A DNA stretch of 62,201 bases, counting the filler, from Basidiobolus ranarum (Eukaryota): the NCBI GenBank assembly GCA_040143965.1. It is 13 parts of 13 records of this genome, joined end to end, with 100 filler letters (N's around TTAATTAATTAA, not from the genome) between each part and the next. Parts side by side here need not be neighbours in the genome. Positions count along the whole stretch, not along the records: positions 33,601 to 38,291 come from JASJQH010008738.1; positions 38,392 to 43,079 come from JASJQH010008739.1; positions 43,180 to 47,865 come from JASJQH010008740.1; positions 47,966 to 52,649 come from JASJQH010008741.1; 9 more parts are not named here. One strand, written 5' to 3'. The translations under genes were made by a program, and so were the position numbers. This document shows, piece after piece, positions 37,345 through 49,659 of this stretch. Positions within the stretch are counted from its first letter, which is position 1, and the number at the start of each line of letters is the position of its first letter. The notes below the pieces were generated by a model, which had not been told where the DNA came from, did no database searches, and was given only the letters and a program-made list of their open reading frames with translations.

Positions 37345-38291
37345 ATGTTGTCTACGGTGCCTGTCTTCTCTGGCGTAAATAATCAGTATGGATCAGTGTT
37401 TACCGCGGCACTGGCCGCCAACAGCATCTCGATGGCCTGCTCAGCAACTGCTTTCCTAGTGTTAATTGGGCTAAAATACTACGATCGAAGTTTGGTAAAT
37501 CGAGTTTCATTGAGAATTAACAAATGGATGGCATTGGTAGATGTCGGGTATTGTGGGGCTCAAATACTGAACGTACAGAACAATAACGACACGATCTGGT
37601 GCATGCTGAGTGTCTGGCTTATCGTGTGGTTCACCCTGCTTTATTTATTTTTGAATACTATGATTGCATTTAATTTGCAAATAGTTTTCGTTCATGGAAA
37701 GAGAGATACTACCAGCTACGTCAAATACTACTATACCATATCAGTCTTCTTATCCCTGTTGATTAGCATCACTCCGTTCTTTGAAGGCAAATACGGCTTC
37801 TATACAATCTCTCAGACATGCTGGTGGACAAATGGGTACACCCCCAAGACCATTCTGTGGGAATGGATGACGTATCTTGGCTGGATCGCTGCAAGCGTGA
37901 TTTATTGCTTAATTGCAGTAAGTCTAGTAACATACAAATTAATTAAAGAGAGTCGGATCATTCGTGAACAAATCCAACATACCATTAGCCAAGAGCTTGG
38001 CTCCGAGTGGCAAGGCAAGACCAACATTGACAGGGATGTTCTTAAGGCTGTGAGACGTATTGTGCTATACCCCATAATCCCAATATTTACCCAAGGAGTC
38101 AACATCATTCAGGAAATGGACATCTACATGCACCGTAGAGCCAATTTCTACTTGTTTTTTCTAGCTTACTTTGCTGGTGCATTGCAGGGTACCTTCAACA
38201 CCCTAGTGTTCTTATTTGATCCGGCGGTTGTGCATGCTTGTAAGCGCATACAAGCTGATTTCACCGATCGTTACGCCAATTCTTTATCTTC
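37345..38291 (+). CDS. 7-TM G-protein-coupled receptor, cAMP-receptor/Git3-like, intronless, 3'-truncated
   Basis: Seven hydrophobic segments with NRVSLR after TM1, Cys at TM3 start, CWW in ECL2, RRIVLYPIIP and LQGTFNTLVFLFDP. Confidence 0.85.
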
Positions 38292-41200
38292 NNNNNNNNN
38301 NNNNNNNNNNNNNNNNNNNNNNNNNNNNNNNNNNNTTAATTAATTAANNNNNNNNNNNNNNNNNNNNNNNNNNNNNNNNNNNNNNNNNNNNGATTTGATA
38401 CCGAAGCACTTCAAACAATTATGTAATTGGGTGGATTCTCCCCATTAGCCCGCATTCATAGCCAGAACTGGTCTGGAATGTTGAACAATCTTTAACACAC
38501 ATTACTCCAACAAAACTGTAATACTTTTACGTACCATTGATTTCCCTTTTTAAATTGGGATTACATATGACAGCACGCAAATAGATATCGTCCACCAAGA
38601 GGTTGATTGTACTTTAAATCGGCGAAAAATACTACGGTGTCCGTAGCCATTATGACCGATATCTCAGATACTCTATTGTAGCTCATAATCGGAGCCGCAA
38701 GCTCCTGAAACCATTCACTATCCGCACGTTTGCCTATTGTTGGAGGTCAACTTTTTCTTTTTGCTGACACTTTGCCACCTTTATGCAAGAGTAAAACTGG
38801 GTTTTATAACACATAAAATGGAAACCAGTCTTCAGTAGTTGGGTGTGAATTAAATGCTAATGAGGATAGCACATTGGTATTAGTTCAGCAAAATTGAAAA
38901 CCTAAAGCCTGACCAAATCGAGACTTGCAATTGAAATTCTCGTTGGCTCCCGATTCATAATCATCTGATCTACAATGATGATTTGTACATCTCAAAAGCG
39001 TTCTTTGGTTACGCTTGGCGAACTTCAATATTCTTGATGACAAGACCGTCGTAACTGCGTTGGACAGTGATATGAGCTGCTACAGTACCCTTCGCCAATA
39101 TACAAGGTCTCTAGTATTCTTCCTCTACTACACATCTTCAACATGCTAGACTGGACCCAGTAAAATTCAAGTGAATACAGGAACATTCGTAAGTTTGCTG
39201 AGATTCGCCAGGTAGTCAGTCACTTTGATTTACCCGGAATGCTTAAGAAATATATTGGTTTTAATTTCGTCATGGATGAGTAAGGCATCCATTGGCTAAA
39301 GTGAAATCATCTATCGATCAAGATACTCAAATATATTCTGAAATCTGAGAACTGTCTTGCTTGTATCTTGGGTACTTCTCTTGTTACTGTTTGCTTTCAT
39401 TGGTATACTTCAAGCTCAAGTGAAAAAGATACATGTATAGTGTACAATACTAGTTGTTTCATCACTGTTTATAAGAGTAAATATTATCTGTAGAGCAGCT
39501 ATGATGAAGAAGGTTTGAAAGGCTTCTACGTTAATCTTAGAAGCTGTCACCATCGATCCACGTGACTTATAGTTACAATCACAAGATTATATCAAGGAGT
39601 TGCACTTTGTATTTCACTGCCAAATCGTCAATCAGACGATCTCTGAGGTATGTAATTTCTGGAAGTGACAGATGTAAGTAAAGCTCGAGTTATCAGTATT
39701 CCGCCAATTAAATAGGCTAGAGATTTCCATATTATTTGGGAGAAATCATGAATGTCTAGATGTCAAAATAGGTAATTATCCCCCAATCTTGTCATTGGAA
39801 TTGCATGTAATAGATGATAAACAACTTATCATGATTATTATGGGTTCACTGCAGTTAGCGATTGCATTTTTTTTCATATTTCCAACAAACCTCCATTCAA
39901 TAAACTATTAGAGAATTACTAGAAGAGGGATTGATTGATATATACGGCATTCCAGCAAAAGGCACCAAACCCATCCTTTTATATCATTGTTTATATAGGC
40001 TGAATGTCAATGCGTAATTAACATCTTCGCCTAATATATCTAAAAACCGGAAAACTAACACCATCAAATCTCCAATCTAGGTTAAGTGTTACGGATTGTA
40101 TACAGCAAGCCAATTGGTCGGCGGCACAACCATAGGGCTGAGCGTGCCAGAAGGTTCATGAATTTCACTTTTCACCAAGTTACTACTGATTATAGCTTTT
40201 TGAATTTCTAGGCTACTGGCCCTTCCTCGCCTTTTCTAGCAAGATTGGGTTAATTCGAAAGTCTCTGGGGTTTCCTTGTACGAGTTAGGAAACTCCATCT
40301 TTAATGAGATTTTTTTGCGAAAATTCGTTCTTTAAAATTCCTAGACCATAAACTTTCATATCGTCTCTTGAGGGCCTGAATGTCAAACTGTATAACATCG
40401 TGGTGCAATAATGAATGGAGAAGGCTCTAAATTTTGGTTGTAGCATCAAGATGGCATCAATTTCCCCTGCATACGTTACACAATGTTAAAAAGTTTATCC
40501 TTTGTCCAGTAGGTCAGTTCGATTCGGGTTTGATTGTGCAAGTAACAGCATTAATTATTGTCACGGGGTACTGTTTGAACTCACTCCAACATCGAGGTTG
40601 ATGCTGATAGCCAGTGTGGATAGACGAGAGTATTCTTCCTATCATTTCTGGGGAACGTGCAATCAATTTACCAAAGTCTCTAGCGCCAACCCTCTCCACT
40701 GCTCAGGCCCAAAAAAATGAATGCTGATGGTTTAGCCATAGTTCCGATGTTCAAGTGAAATGATCAATTGTTGGCTTGTTCTGAGGTGATTAGTATCTTT
40801 GTTTGATGGGTATTGCCACGAGATCATTATGGTAGTACTGTAGGTTTGTAGAACCTGAACAGGTCCCTGATGCAGGTTTTTCGATTCAATTAAACTGGCT
40901 TCGATACAGGATCCCGAGTATCCGGGCAATTTTTAATGAGATAATTGGGTCTTTCAACCACCTGATTTTGGTGATATAATAGCTGAAACATTTATGGGAG
41001 AGCCACCAAACCGACTCATTCAAGAACGATTTATGACCACGACGAGAAATTAGTATGTGTCTTGCTTGCTTTTTAAAAACAACTTCAATTTACTTTGCTG
41101 ATTTAACGTAAAATAAGCCAGTAAATACACAGAAAAGGTACTTATAAGTGTCCGGTTACTACACATATGGAGGAACTTAAGGCAGAGGCAGATGCCAACT

Positions 41201-42444
41201 CCACGTGTGAGTCTCGAAGATATGATTCTAATTGTAGTCAGTGATCACGAAGATTGTTGAAGTGTTCAAAAATCTAGAGCCTTAGAGCTTCAGGGTGAAA
41301 GCGGAAATTGTGTGGGAAAGCTCTGAGCCGTCAAGTGGCTGATATTAGACAAAACTATTTGAATAGCCTAATTGCTGTAGATTTCAGGCTGAGAAGATTG
41401 CCTGATGGAATATAGCTAATGCATAAATCAAGCCCACTAGTGTAATGAAAGCACCATTCGTATCACCTCATGCACCCACCCAAATCTAATGATCTAATCG
41501 ATTGTATGCCTTAGTGTCAAAATATCAACACTTTAGAGGTTCTCTCACCCCAGTAGAATGGTCCTGTGACTGGACGGTGAAGCCGCATAGTGAGATGTTT
41601 CCATGGTTCTGTTGCAATATTGATTACGGGGTTTCAATTATGAAGGGTATATATATTGGAGATACAGCAAGTATATTTTGACTGTCTGCCTAGATCGAAT
41701 CAGTGAGTATGACATACGGAACTTGTCGTAAGGATAAGCATAAAACATATGCGGCCATCACCCAATACTACAAGTGTTGGTTTCAAGCACTTGAAGTAAT
41801 CCAGCTACCAATCATCTTAATTTCTGTATGGCTACCTCCATTATGATCTCCTCAAGGTGCTTTCTCTGTTCTCTATCTCATACACTTATCAGTCACAGGT
41901 ACTTTTTGGGGTGGACAAGGTAAGACTTGTTTTATTGATGAGTCTTTTGATTTGGAGTTCAGAGTCTATTATGCACTCAATCTTTGGCTACTTTCTACTG
42001 TTTGGGTGACTTCAATCTTATAATCAGTGAAGATTTACTACAAGTGATTACCTTGGTATGAAAATAGAATGAGTTCAACATGCATTAATTCATAGGTGAG
42101 TCACTCGACATCTGCACGTTTTTAAAGAGAATTGTTATGTATATTTATAGTATGGTTGTCAATCAAACACGTCAAGCTTTACTGAGTGAGATATTGCTTG
42201 TATTTTCCAAGTCACAAGATGCTCGATACTGGTGCTGGTTTGACCATGATTTCTATTCCTCCAATAATACTTCAATATCCAAGTCTTGAAAGCAGGTGAT
42301 TGGTATTAATGTGTTTTCAGAAAACACGAAGGGTCCAATAATATTTGACTTCTTGTTTCAAACTACCATTCGTCTTCTTACCCTTGCTATTCCATATACA
42401 ATTTTGTTGGTGGTTACCCTCGAGAACCTAATCTCTGTCATAGA

Positions 42445-43079
42445 ATGGAGTCGAGATCTTCTAGGTAATATTCAATTCAGTTGCTTCAAACTCATTTCCA
42501 CTTCAAAATTTCGACATATAACCAAGCTTATCAATAGAACCAAAAAAAAGCCTGACTATACTGTTACATGGGAAACAGAGGATTACTTGGAGATCAATCC
42601 TAGGAGTTACAATATGGCTGGTATTTTGTTCTTGAGCACCTATAGTTTTCACATCGAATTTACTCAAATGTCGCGATTTTTGCTTAGATGATCTAGAAGA
42701 TTTCCGTCTCGAAGGAACCGGACATAAAAAAATCCGTTCTTTAACTGTTAAAAGAGATCCCACGGTTGAGTACGGGGACTGTTATATTTTAATACTAAGG
42801 ATACCAATATTAATGCTTCTATCTGTAGTGGATCTAAACGTACTCATATATCAATAATGGCAAGGAAAGAACAAGAAGATCTTGAAAAGGCTCTCAAACT
42901 TTCATTGATGGAGGGGAATTCTAAAGTCGAAAGAAAACCAAAACGTACATTGATCACAGATATACAGACTGATTCGAGTATTTTAATTACGAACCCAAAA
43001 CATGCATCTCCTCGTCTCGGAGATCATTCTCGTTCTAAATGTAGCACAGAATCCACATTTGGAAGCCAGCAGAATTTGC
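42445..43079 (+). CDS. Spliced gene with UIM-like helix (RAD51AP1-like N-terminal architecture), 3'-truncated
   Basis: Exons 42445-42464, 42538-42620, 42688-42769 and 42829-43079 with GT-AG introns give an open frame MESRSSRTKKKPDYTVTW..DDLEDF..HKKIRS..EQEDLEKALKLSLME. Confidence 0.6.
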
Positions 43080-43225
43080 NNNNNNNNNNNNNNNNNNNNN
43101 NNNNNNNNNNNNNNNNNNNNNNNTTAATTAATTAANNNNNNNNNNNNNNNNNNNNNNNNNNNNNNNNNNNNNNNNNNNNCTGTAAATTTCCGAGGATATA
43201 TAAAGAGTTTAATTAACGGTAAGTA

Positions 43226-44088
43226 TTATGATGTCAGTCTATCCACTATCCAGTCAAGGCCCTCAAAGAGACTACACAAAAATCTTGATTTAGTATCGCT
43301 TTGAAAAGGAGTAAACTAGTCAAGACTTACCCGAATCCAGTAAGTGCAGAGCAGGCTTGGATATGCCATTGGCGATCAGTGAGAGAGGTAAGTGAGAGTG
43401 CCTCTGAAATCTGTGCAGCTGTAAGTGCACTCTGAAGATCCTGCTTGTTAGCGAGTATTAAAAGACTTGCGGTTTTTAGGGACTACATGCAAAAACAACG
43501 AGGGTATTAAAAAATGTAAAAGTTCTTTCACTAATTTAACCAGTAAATACATCACTCTCTAACATCTTGTGTAATTCTGCTTTAGCAAGATGTATTCTAT
43601 CCTTGTCGTTACTATCGATAACCATAATCACCGCCTATTAAAATTAGTTAGAATTCCATGTAGATGTATATCTTCAAATAGCTTGTATATGCAAAATCAT
43701 ACTTTAGCGTTAGTATAATAAGCTGACCAGGAAGCACGTAACGCTTCTTGCCCGCCAACATCCCACATTAAAAATCGAACATTTTTATATACGATTTCCT
43801 ATCAGCAAATACAGGTTAACAAACGTACGACTTCAGGTGAAAATAAAGAATTAGCATACCTCAACATTACTGCCAATAGTAGGCGTGGTGGAAGCAACCT
43901 CATTATACAAACTACAATATTGTTTCAAGGTAAGTGCATATCACCAAAACGTAGGGTCAATAGTCAATTCTCCCTTACAGTTTGTATAGGACTGTGGTTT
44001 TACCGGCATTATCCAAGCCAACGATCACAATTTTGTGCTCATCTTTGCTCCAAAATAACTTCCAAGCTTTACTGAACAGAATGCCCAT
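43226..44088 (-). CDS. ARL5: ADP-ribosylation factor-like GTPase 5, spliced
   Basis: [77 protein letters not shown] and [20 protein letters not shown]. Confidence 0.92.
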
Positions 44089-44818
44089 AATGAACTACTT
44101 TGGTCTATTGATCTGTAAGATAGAAAGGAAAAGAATACGAGGAGGAAGATATGCTATTGAACAATGGAAAGATTAGTTGACAAGGTCTTTGTGGTTGACT
44201 CTGGTTGAAGTTCAAGCCTAATTCTCGCCTTTAAAAAGCAAAGTAAGGAGTGAAAGGGGAGTATTCAAATCCGTTGTATAATGGAACTTTAGAATAGATG
44301 TTGAGCTGCTATCCCAATATATGGATCCAATGATTGGAGTTGGTTTAGGCTCCAATCAATAGGAAATCTATTATAGGTTGTAATCCTGCGATTATAACAA
44401 ATATTGGAGATTTTACCTGTCAGTATCCCGCTAAAACACTCCTGAAATGGTCAATTTGACCTGCAATTGCTTTGTTACATGAATTTGAGGGATAGCTTAT
44501 ATGTACTCTGCTTTTGAATTGTCACAAGACAAATCCAATGATTTCTATAAAATCTGAAGGATTGCTTGATTTCTATTCTAGGCTTTATCAATGCCATCAA
44601 TCACGTGAATTTATCCACTTGATTCGAAATTTTCCTCATCCTCATCTTGTGCTTGTAGCCACGTCTCTCTTGTGCATACGAAGAAGACCTACCTCTGCTT
44701 TTTTGATCTTATTCTTTGAAAGATTTTGACTATCGCGCTTGGGCATACAGATACATCGTGATTGTGGATCTTCTGTTGAAAACGAAAATTTGTACACCTT
44801 TTGAATAGACTACTAAAC

Positions 44819-45960
44819 ATGGTAGTGCCTCTCACTTTACTAATCAATTTTTTTTTACTTTCTTCTAATAAATCCTTGTATTTTTCTAGACTGACGCAGA
44901 AGTCAAAGAAAACTCTCGCTATTCCCATAGTGATGCAAGAAGAGATTCCCGAGATGATCTTTCTATTGACCAACTAAATAGTAACTCACAAATGGATAAT
45001 CGTCGCACTCATTCTCCCCGACGTGATGAGTCAAGTCGACGAAATTCTGTTGAAGAAGTCAACCCTGGCAACAATCTATTTATTACTGGTCTTTCTAAGC
45101 TTACTCGAGAGCAGGATTTGGAAGTGTTATTTACCAAGTTTGGAAAAGTAAGCCTATCTTAAGGTTACCTTTTGTTTTAATTTCTGATATTAATTTGAGC
45201 TTATTAAATTAGGTATCCAAATGCGAAGTTGTACGTGAGCCACATTCTAGAGAGTCAAGAAGATTTGCTTTTGTAGAAATGGAAAATTTGGATGAAGCTG
45301 AAGCTGCTATTAAAGCTATAAGCGGTCAAGATGTGCATGGCCGAATTATCACTGTTGAGAAGGTATATTATTGATTGGGAATGTGCAACATATAGCATTC
45401 TCTAAATCCATTGAATTAAAGGCTCGTCGTTCGAGACCACGTGATCCCACGCCTGGGATGTATGCTGGCAAGCCTAGACCAAGACGTCCAGGTAAGTGAC
45501 TAGTATATTTGAAGCATTCTTTGAAATCTTCTGATATCTTTTAAACATTGAAGAACGTCGTTACGATCCATATCCTCCACCTAGTTATGAGCCTAGATAT
45601 GATCGTATGCCATCACGCGAATATGAACGTCGACCATATTCACGCGATTATGATCGTTATGAGCGCGAATATAGTGGTGGTGGTGGTAGTGGTCGGTTTG
45701 ATCGCGTAGACAAGTATGATCGTTACGAACGCTATCCTCGTTCCTACGACTCATACGATCGTTATGAGCGTCCCTCAAGATACGATAGATATGAGGATCG
45801 TGACCGCAGACCCAGATATGACTATCCCCCAGCAGGGATGCCGCCAAGATCAAGGAGTCCACCTCCACGCTCTGATCGAGCCTACCCTGAGAGAAGATCT
45901 CGAAGCCCTCGTGGTGATAGGGGATCCTTTACCGATCGTAGATCCAGAAGCCCTCGTTAA
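44819..45960 (+). CDS. Transformer-2/SR45a-like RRM and RS-domain splicing factor, spliced
   Basis: ATG-only first coding exon (44819-44821, intron to 44889), NPGNNLFITGLS, EPHSRESRRFAFVEM, ITVEKARRSRPRDPTPGMY and an RY/RD/RS-rich tail. Confidence 0.88.
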
Positions 45961-47490
45961 CTTTGTTTAAGCTGCTCGACTTGAATTCACATTTTTATAT
46001 CACTAGTTTTTTTATAACAAACTTTCGAAAATTCTAATCGGACCAGTAGAAACAACCACGATTCTTCCAGTCTTTCAATTCTGAGGCGCACAAACAATCA
46101 CTATTAAAAATGCTCATAAAAACAACCAAAAAAATCAAAAGAAATAACCAAAACCAGAGAGAAGCAATACCAATCTCCAATAGTTTATTTTCCAAAACTC
46201 AACAAAAGCACAAACTAAGAACTCATCATCACCAGCTCAATAACTTTGTTGCTTCGTACTCAGCACTTTCAAATCGTTGCGGTACGAACACAACAAATAC
46301 ACCTAATATAATAAAAGGATTATCGACACCATACTACTAACGCACTCATTCGACTGCGAGTGGAGACTGAGATCTATATGTTTTGCTACCAATTGTATCA
46401 TATCCACATCAACCATCAACAGTTTCTTTGCTGCTCATTCGGAGATAATCATGAAAGCTTCGTCAAGTAAACATTCGCACTTATGAGAACTATATCTCGA
46501 AATTACCACTTTGACAATATCCGAACTTTCATATTATTTCAATTCACTCCATTTGATTAGGATTAGATTTCTACTCTTGATCTCAGCTACGCGTCCACTC
46601 ACAACAGGATCGATTCTCTCGGTAAGGATCATTCATATAATAATTACTTTCACTTTGATGAGGATTTAGGGGTTCGTATACTATCACTAGTGATGAGTGA
46701 AGGTAGTGATTATATTTCATGATTAGATTTTACGCGAACATCGTAAACTCTATAAAACAATAAACGGTAAGGTTCTTTTCACTTTTACTGCCTATATCCA
46801 TCAATCCCATACAGTCTTTCAACAACCATGGAAATAAAAACCATATATACCCTTAACGTGACCACTATTGTATACGAATTCATGAAGATATCATATATAT
46901 ACTCAACATATTCCAATATCAGATCTCTGTACATTCATATCTAAACGAGATTCATAATTTGCGGATGAATATTCAAAAGCAGAAACCCTTATCCCTGGTT
47001 AACCAGATCTCATCCTTTACTGCTAATATTTTCCAATGGAATAACTTTAATTTTGTTTCATCTAAATTAGGCACTGTAAACATATGGGTCAATGATAGCA
47101 GAAGAAGGACGGAGTGAAAAATGGTATTAACAGCACATTTCGATATCTTTAATGAATGGATATTTTTTCAACGAAATGAATGCAATTTCTTGAGGTTTTA
47201 CTATACATGTAATACATTTTCTTATTACGAGTAAAGACGAAAAAAGAGGAAGGGTAAAAAAGTAATTCTATACAAAAGTGGTTAGACAAACCAATCGAAA
47301 TGAAACGGGGGAGGGGAGAATGATGGATTTCGGTAGATTTGGAAGAACATCACCAAGTAGCAACTAAGAGATAAGGTCCACTGTAAGTGATAATGATTAA
47401 ATTAAGGGTATTACTATGGACAAGTACATGTAGCTATCTCTTGGTCACCCGGAGAGAGAAGTCCAATAGCTGGATTTTACTGTAGGAATG

Positions 47491-47865
47491 TTACAACTGT
47501 CGTATACTACGTTCACGAGTACGAGCACTTATTTCGGATGGGATTCCTTCAACTTCTTTGACGTAACTTTTTCCAGAAGACTTTTTCCATAATTTTTGAA
47601 GCAAGACTTTCGGTTGATATTGAAATATCTTTGTCAAAGTACTCTTCTGTTGAAAAAAGTACTCTGGTGAACAAGTGAATTCTTGAGGAGTTAACCACTG
47701 TCCACCTATACAAATTTTGGGTATAAACGAAATGAAAGCTTTTTTCGTCACGGTGTACGTTAATTTCCAAGAAGGTTTTTTAGAGGTTTTGACTTGAACT
47801 GAAAGAGAATTTTCGGTAATACTTGTCGTGTATCGCTTGGACTCTTTGGTCAGGTTGGGTGTAAG
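47491..47865 (-). CDS. Possible 3' end of a hypothetical protein
   Basis: Frame open for 375 nt from the contig edge to TAA. No motif recognised. Confidence 0.3.
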   Translation of the reverse strand, partial: LTPNLTKESKRYTTSITENSLSVQVKTSKKPSWKLTYTVTKKAFISFIPKICIGGQWLTPQEFTCSPEYFFQQKSTLTKIFQYQPKVLLQKLWKKSSGKSYVKEVEGIPSEISARTRERSIRQL

Positions 47866-47965
47866 NNNNNNNNNNNNNNNNNNNNNNNNNNNNNNNNNNN
47901 NNNNNNNNNTTAATTAATTAANNNNNNNNNNNNNNNNNNNNNNNNNNNNNNNNNNNNNNNNNNNN

Positions 47966-48704
47966 TCTGCTTTGTAGAGAATACTATATCTTCATGCCTT
48001 CAGAAGTCTGCAAGAAAATATACAATAAGACTCATGAGGATAGAAAGCGTGAATTGAGAAATAGGAATTTCGATTTGGGTACACTAGTCTCCATGGTAAT
48101 AGGGCCATAACCAGTAATAGTGCAAAGCAACTAACCATAGCACTTTCCACTTCAGAGGCAGAGTATATGGCTGCCTTTGCTGCTACATAAAAAGCTATGT
48201 GATTACGGAAGTTATATACAGACTTAGGATACATGCAAAAATGTACTATTAATATATTTTAAGATGATCAAAGTTGTATTTCATTAGCTTTGAACCCAAC
48301 ATTTCTTGCTAGAACAAAATATATAGATAGTTGGCATCAAATTGTTAGAGAAGTAATAGAGAATGATATAATTGAGCTTTCTATTGCCCATCTGAAGAAA
48401 TGGTTGCTGATATCTTAACTAAACCTTCAGCTAAAGCACAATCTGAATCATTAAGATATAAAACAGATTTAATAGAAATACAAAATAATTAGTTGAGTGG
48501 GAATGTTGAAATCAGATAAATAGCTACACATTATTTAGTAGCTAGTTTATTCATATTCTAATTATTTAGCCCTCAATTCTGCCATTCAAAAACATGTGTT
48601 TATGGCTCTAATTGATGGAAATACAAATTTGATTGCTTTTACCAATTTTCACTATTTTCTCAAAACTTCTCCAATTCCCCTCAAATTTTCACCCATAATT
48701 AACA
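47966..48704 (+). mobile_element. Decayed Ty1/copia 3' end (RNase H, PPT, LTR family C 48504-48704)
   Basis: IALSTSEAEYMAA and EEMVADILTKP. PPT GAGTGGGAA precedes TGTTG...AACA. Confidence 0.88.
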
Positions 48705-48769
48705 GGCATATTAGTTATGCTCTAAGTATGTTCAATAGTCCTATTTTATAGTAAACTATACATAGGACA

Positions 48770-49540
48770 TCTTCAATTCAATAAAGGTTAAATGTCTAAT
48801 TCACTAATCCAAATCTTGTCCAATACACTTTCAAATCTCCTAAACACTTGCATCAGTTTGGCTGCTCAGGAATAACTAATAATCTTCTGCCATTCCCACA
48901 CTACCAAATTTGTGTTGGGACTCTTTATAGCCTCCTGTACTGCTTTTGGCTCATCTGAAAAGCCTAAATTGGCACCAGGCTCCTTTGGTGAATGTTGGAG
49001 TAGTAGTACAAAGGGGACCTCATCCAAATAGACCTTATCAGATAGGAAATTTGCACTGCAGCTTCTGTTATCAAGTTTAAAAGTGAAATCACCTCAAGCT
49101 TGGTTGAGGAGACTACAGATAAGATACTTTTAATGATTTTCTTGCTGCTCAGGAGTTGGTGAGAGAAAGTAGAATTTTCAATGATTTTGGTGGTTTTTCT
49201 TGATCCTGCATTTTTTTGATTGAAAATTTTTCTTCTTCAACAAAGGCAACTCCCCATGGCTTAATTAGCCACTTATTCTCCACAACATATATCCTCTATT
49301 GTATTGTTTATTTGCAATAATCTATAAGATGTCATTTATGGTTCTGTTAGTTTAACTTTGACTTTTTTATATTTGGAATTGTTATATATGTAGGACTTCC
49401 AAAAACTCCGTGATCAGCCACATCAGGTTGACTTTGCTATAAAGCTTGATAGGTATCATGTCTAACAGGGACCTGTAAGAATATCTTTTCTAATATATAC
49501 TGCATTTGCAATAACAGTGTTTAGGCAAGTTGGAAGTGTT
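48770..49540 (-). mobile_element. Ty1/copia fragment (integrase C-terminus to start of RT)
   Basis: Degenerate VFGSPTY, EPKAVQEAI and K-VGCKCLGD-like motifs on the minus strand. Confidence 0.6.
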
Positions 49541-49659
49541 TTGGACAATATTTGGAGTTGTTTATTGGACTCTTGAGTTTTATTGAAATGAATATGCCCT
49601 GTTTTTCACTTACTATAAAATATAAGAATTTGTCATACTCAGATCATAACAAACAAGCC

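Noticed and set aside
39190-39340. Kinase-like words on minus strand (IFEYLDR..IHDEIKTNIFLKHSG*IKVTDY)
   Set aside because: Spacing between subdomains is too short and stops intervene. It may be a relic but cannot be supported.
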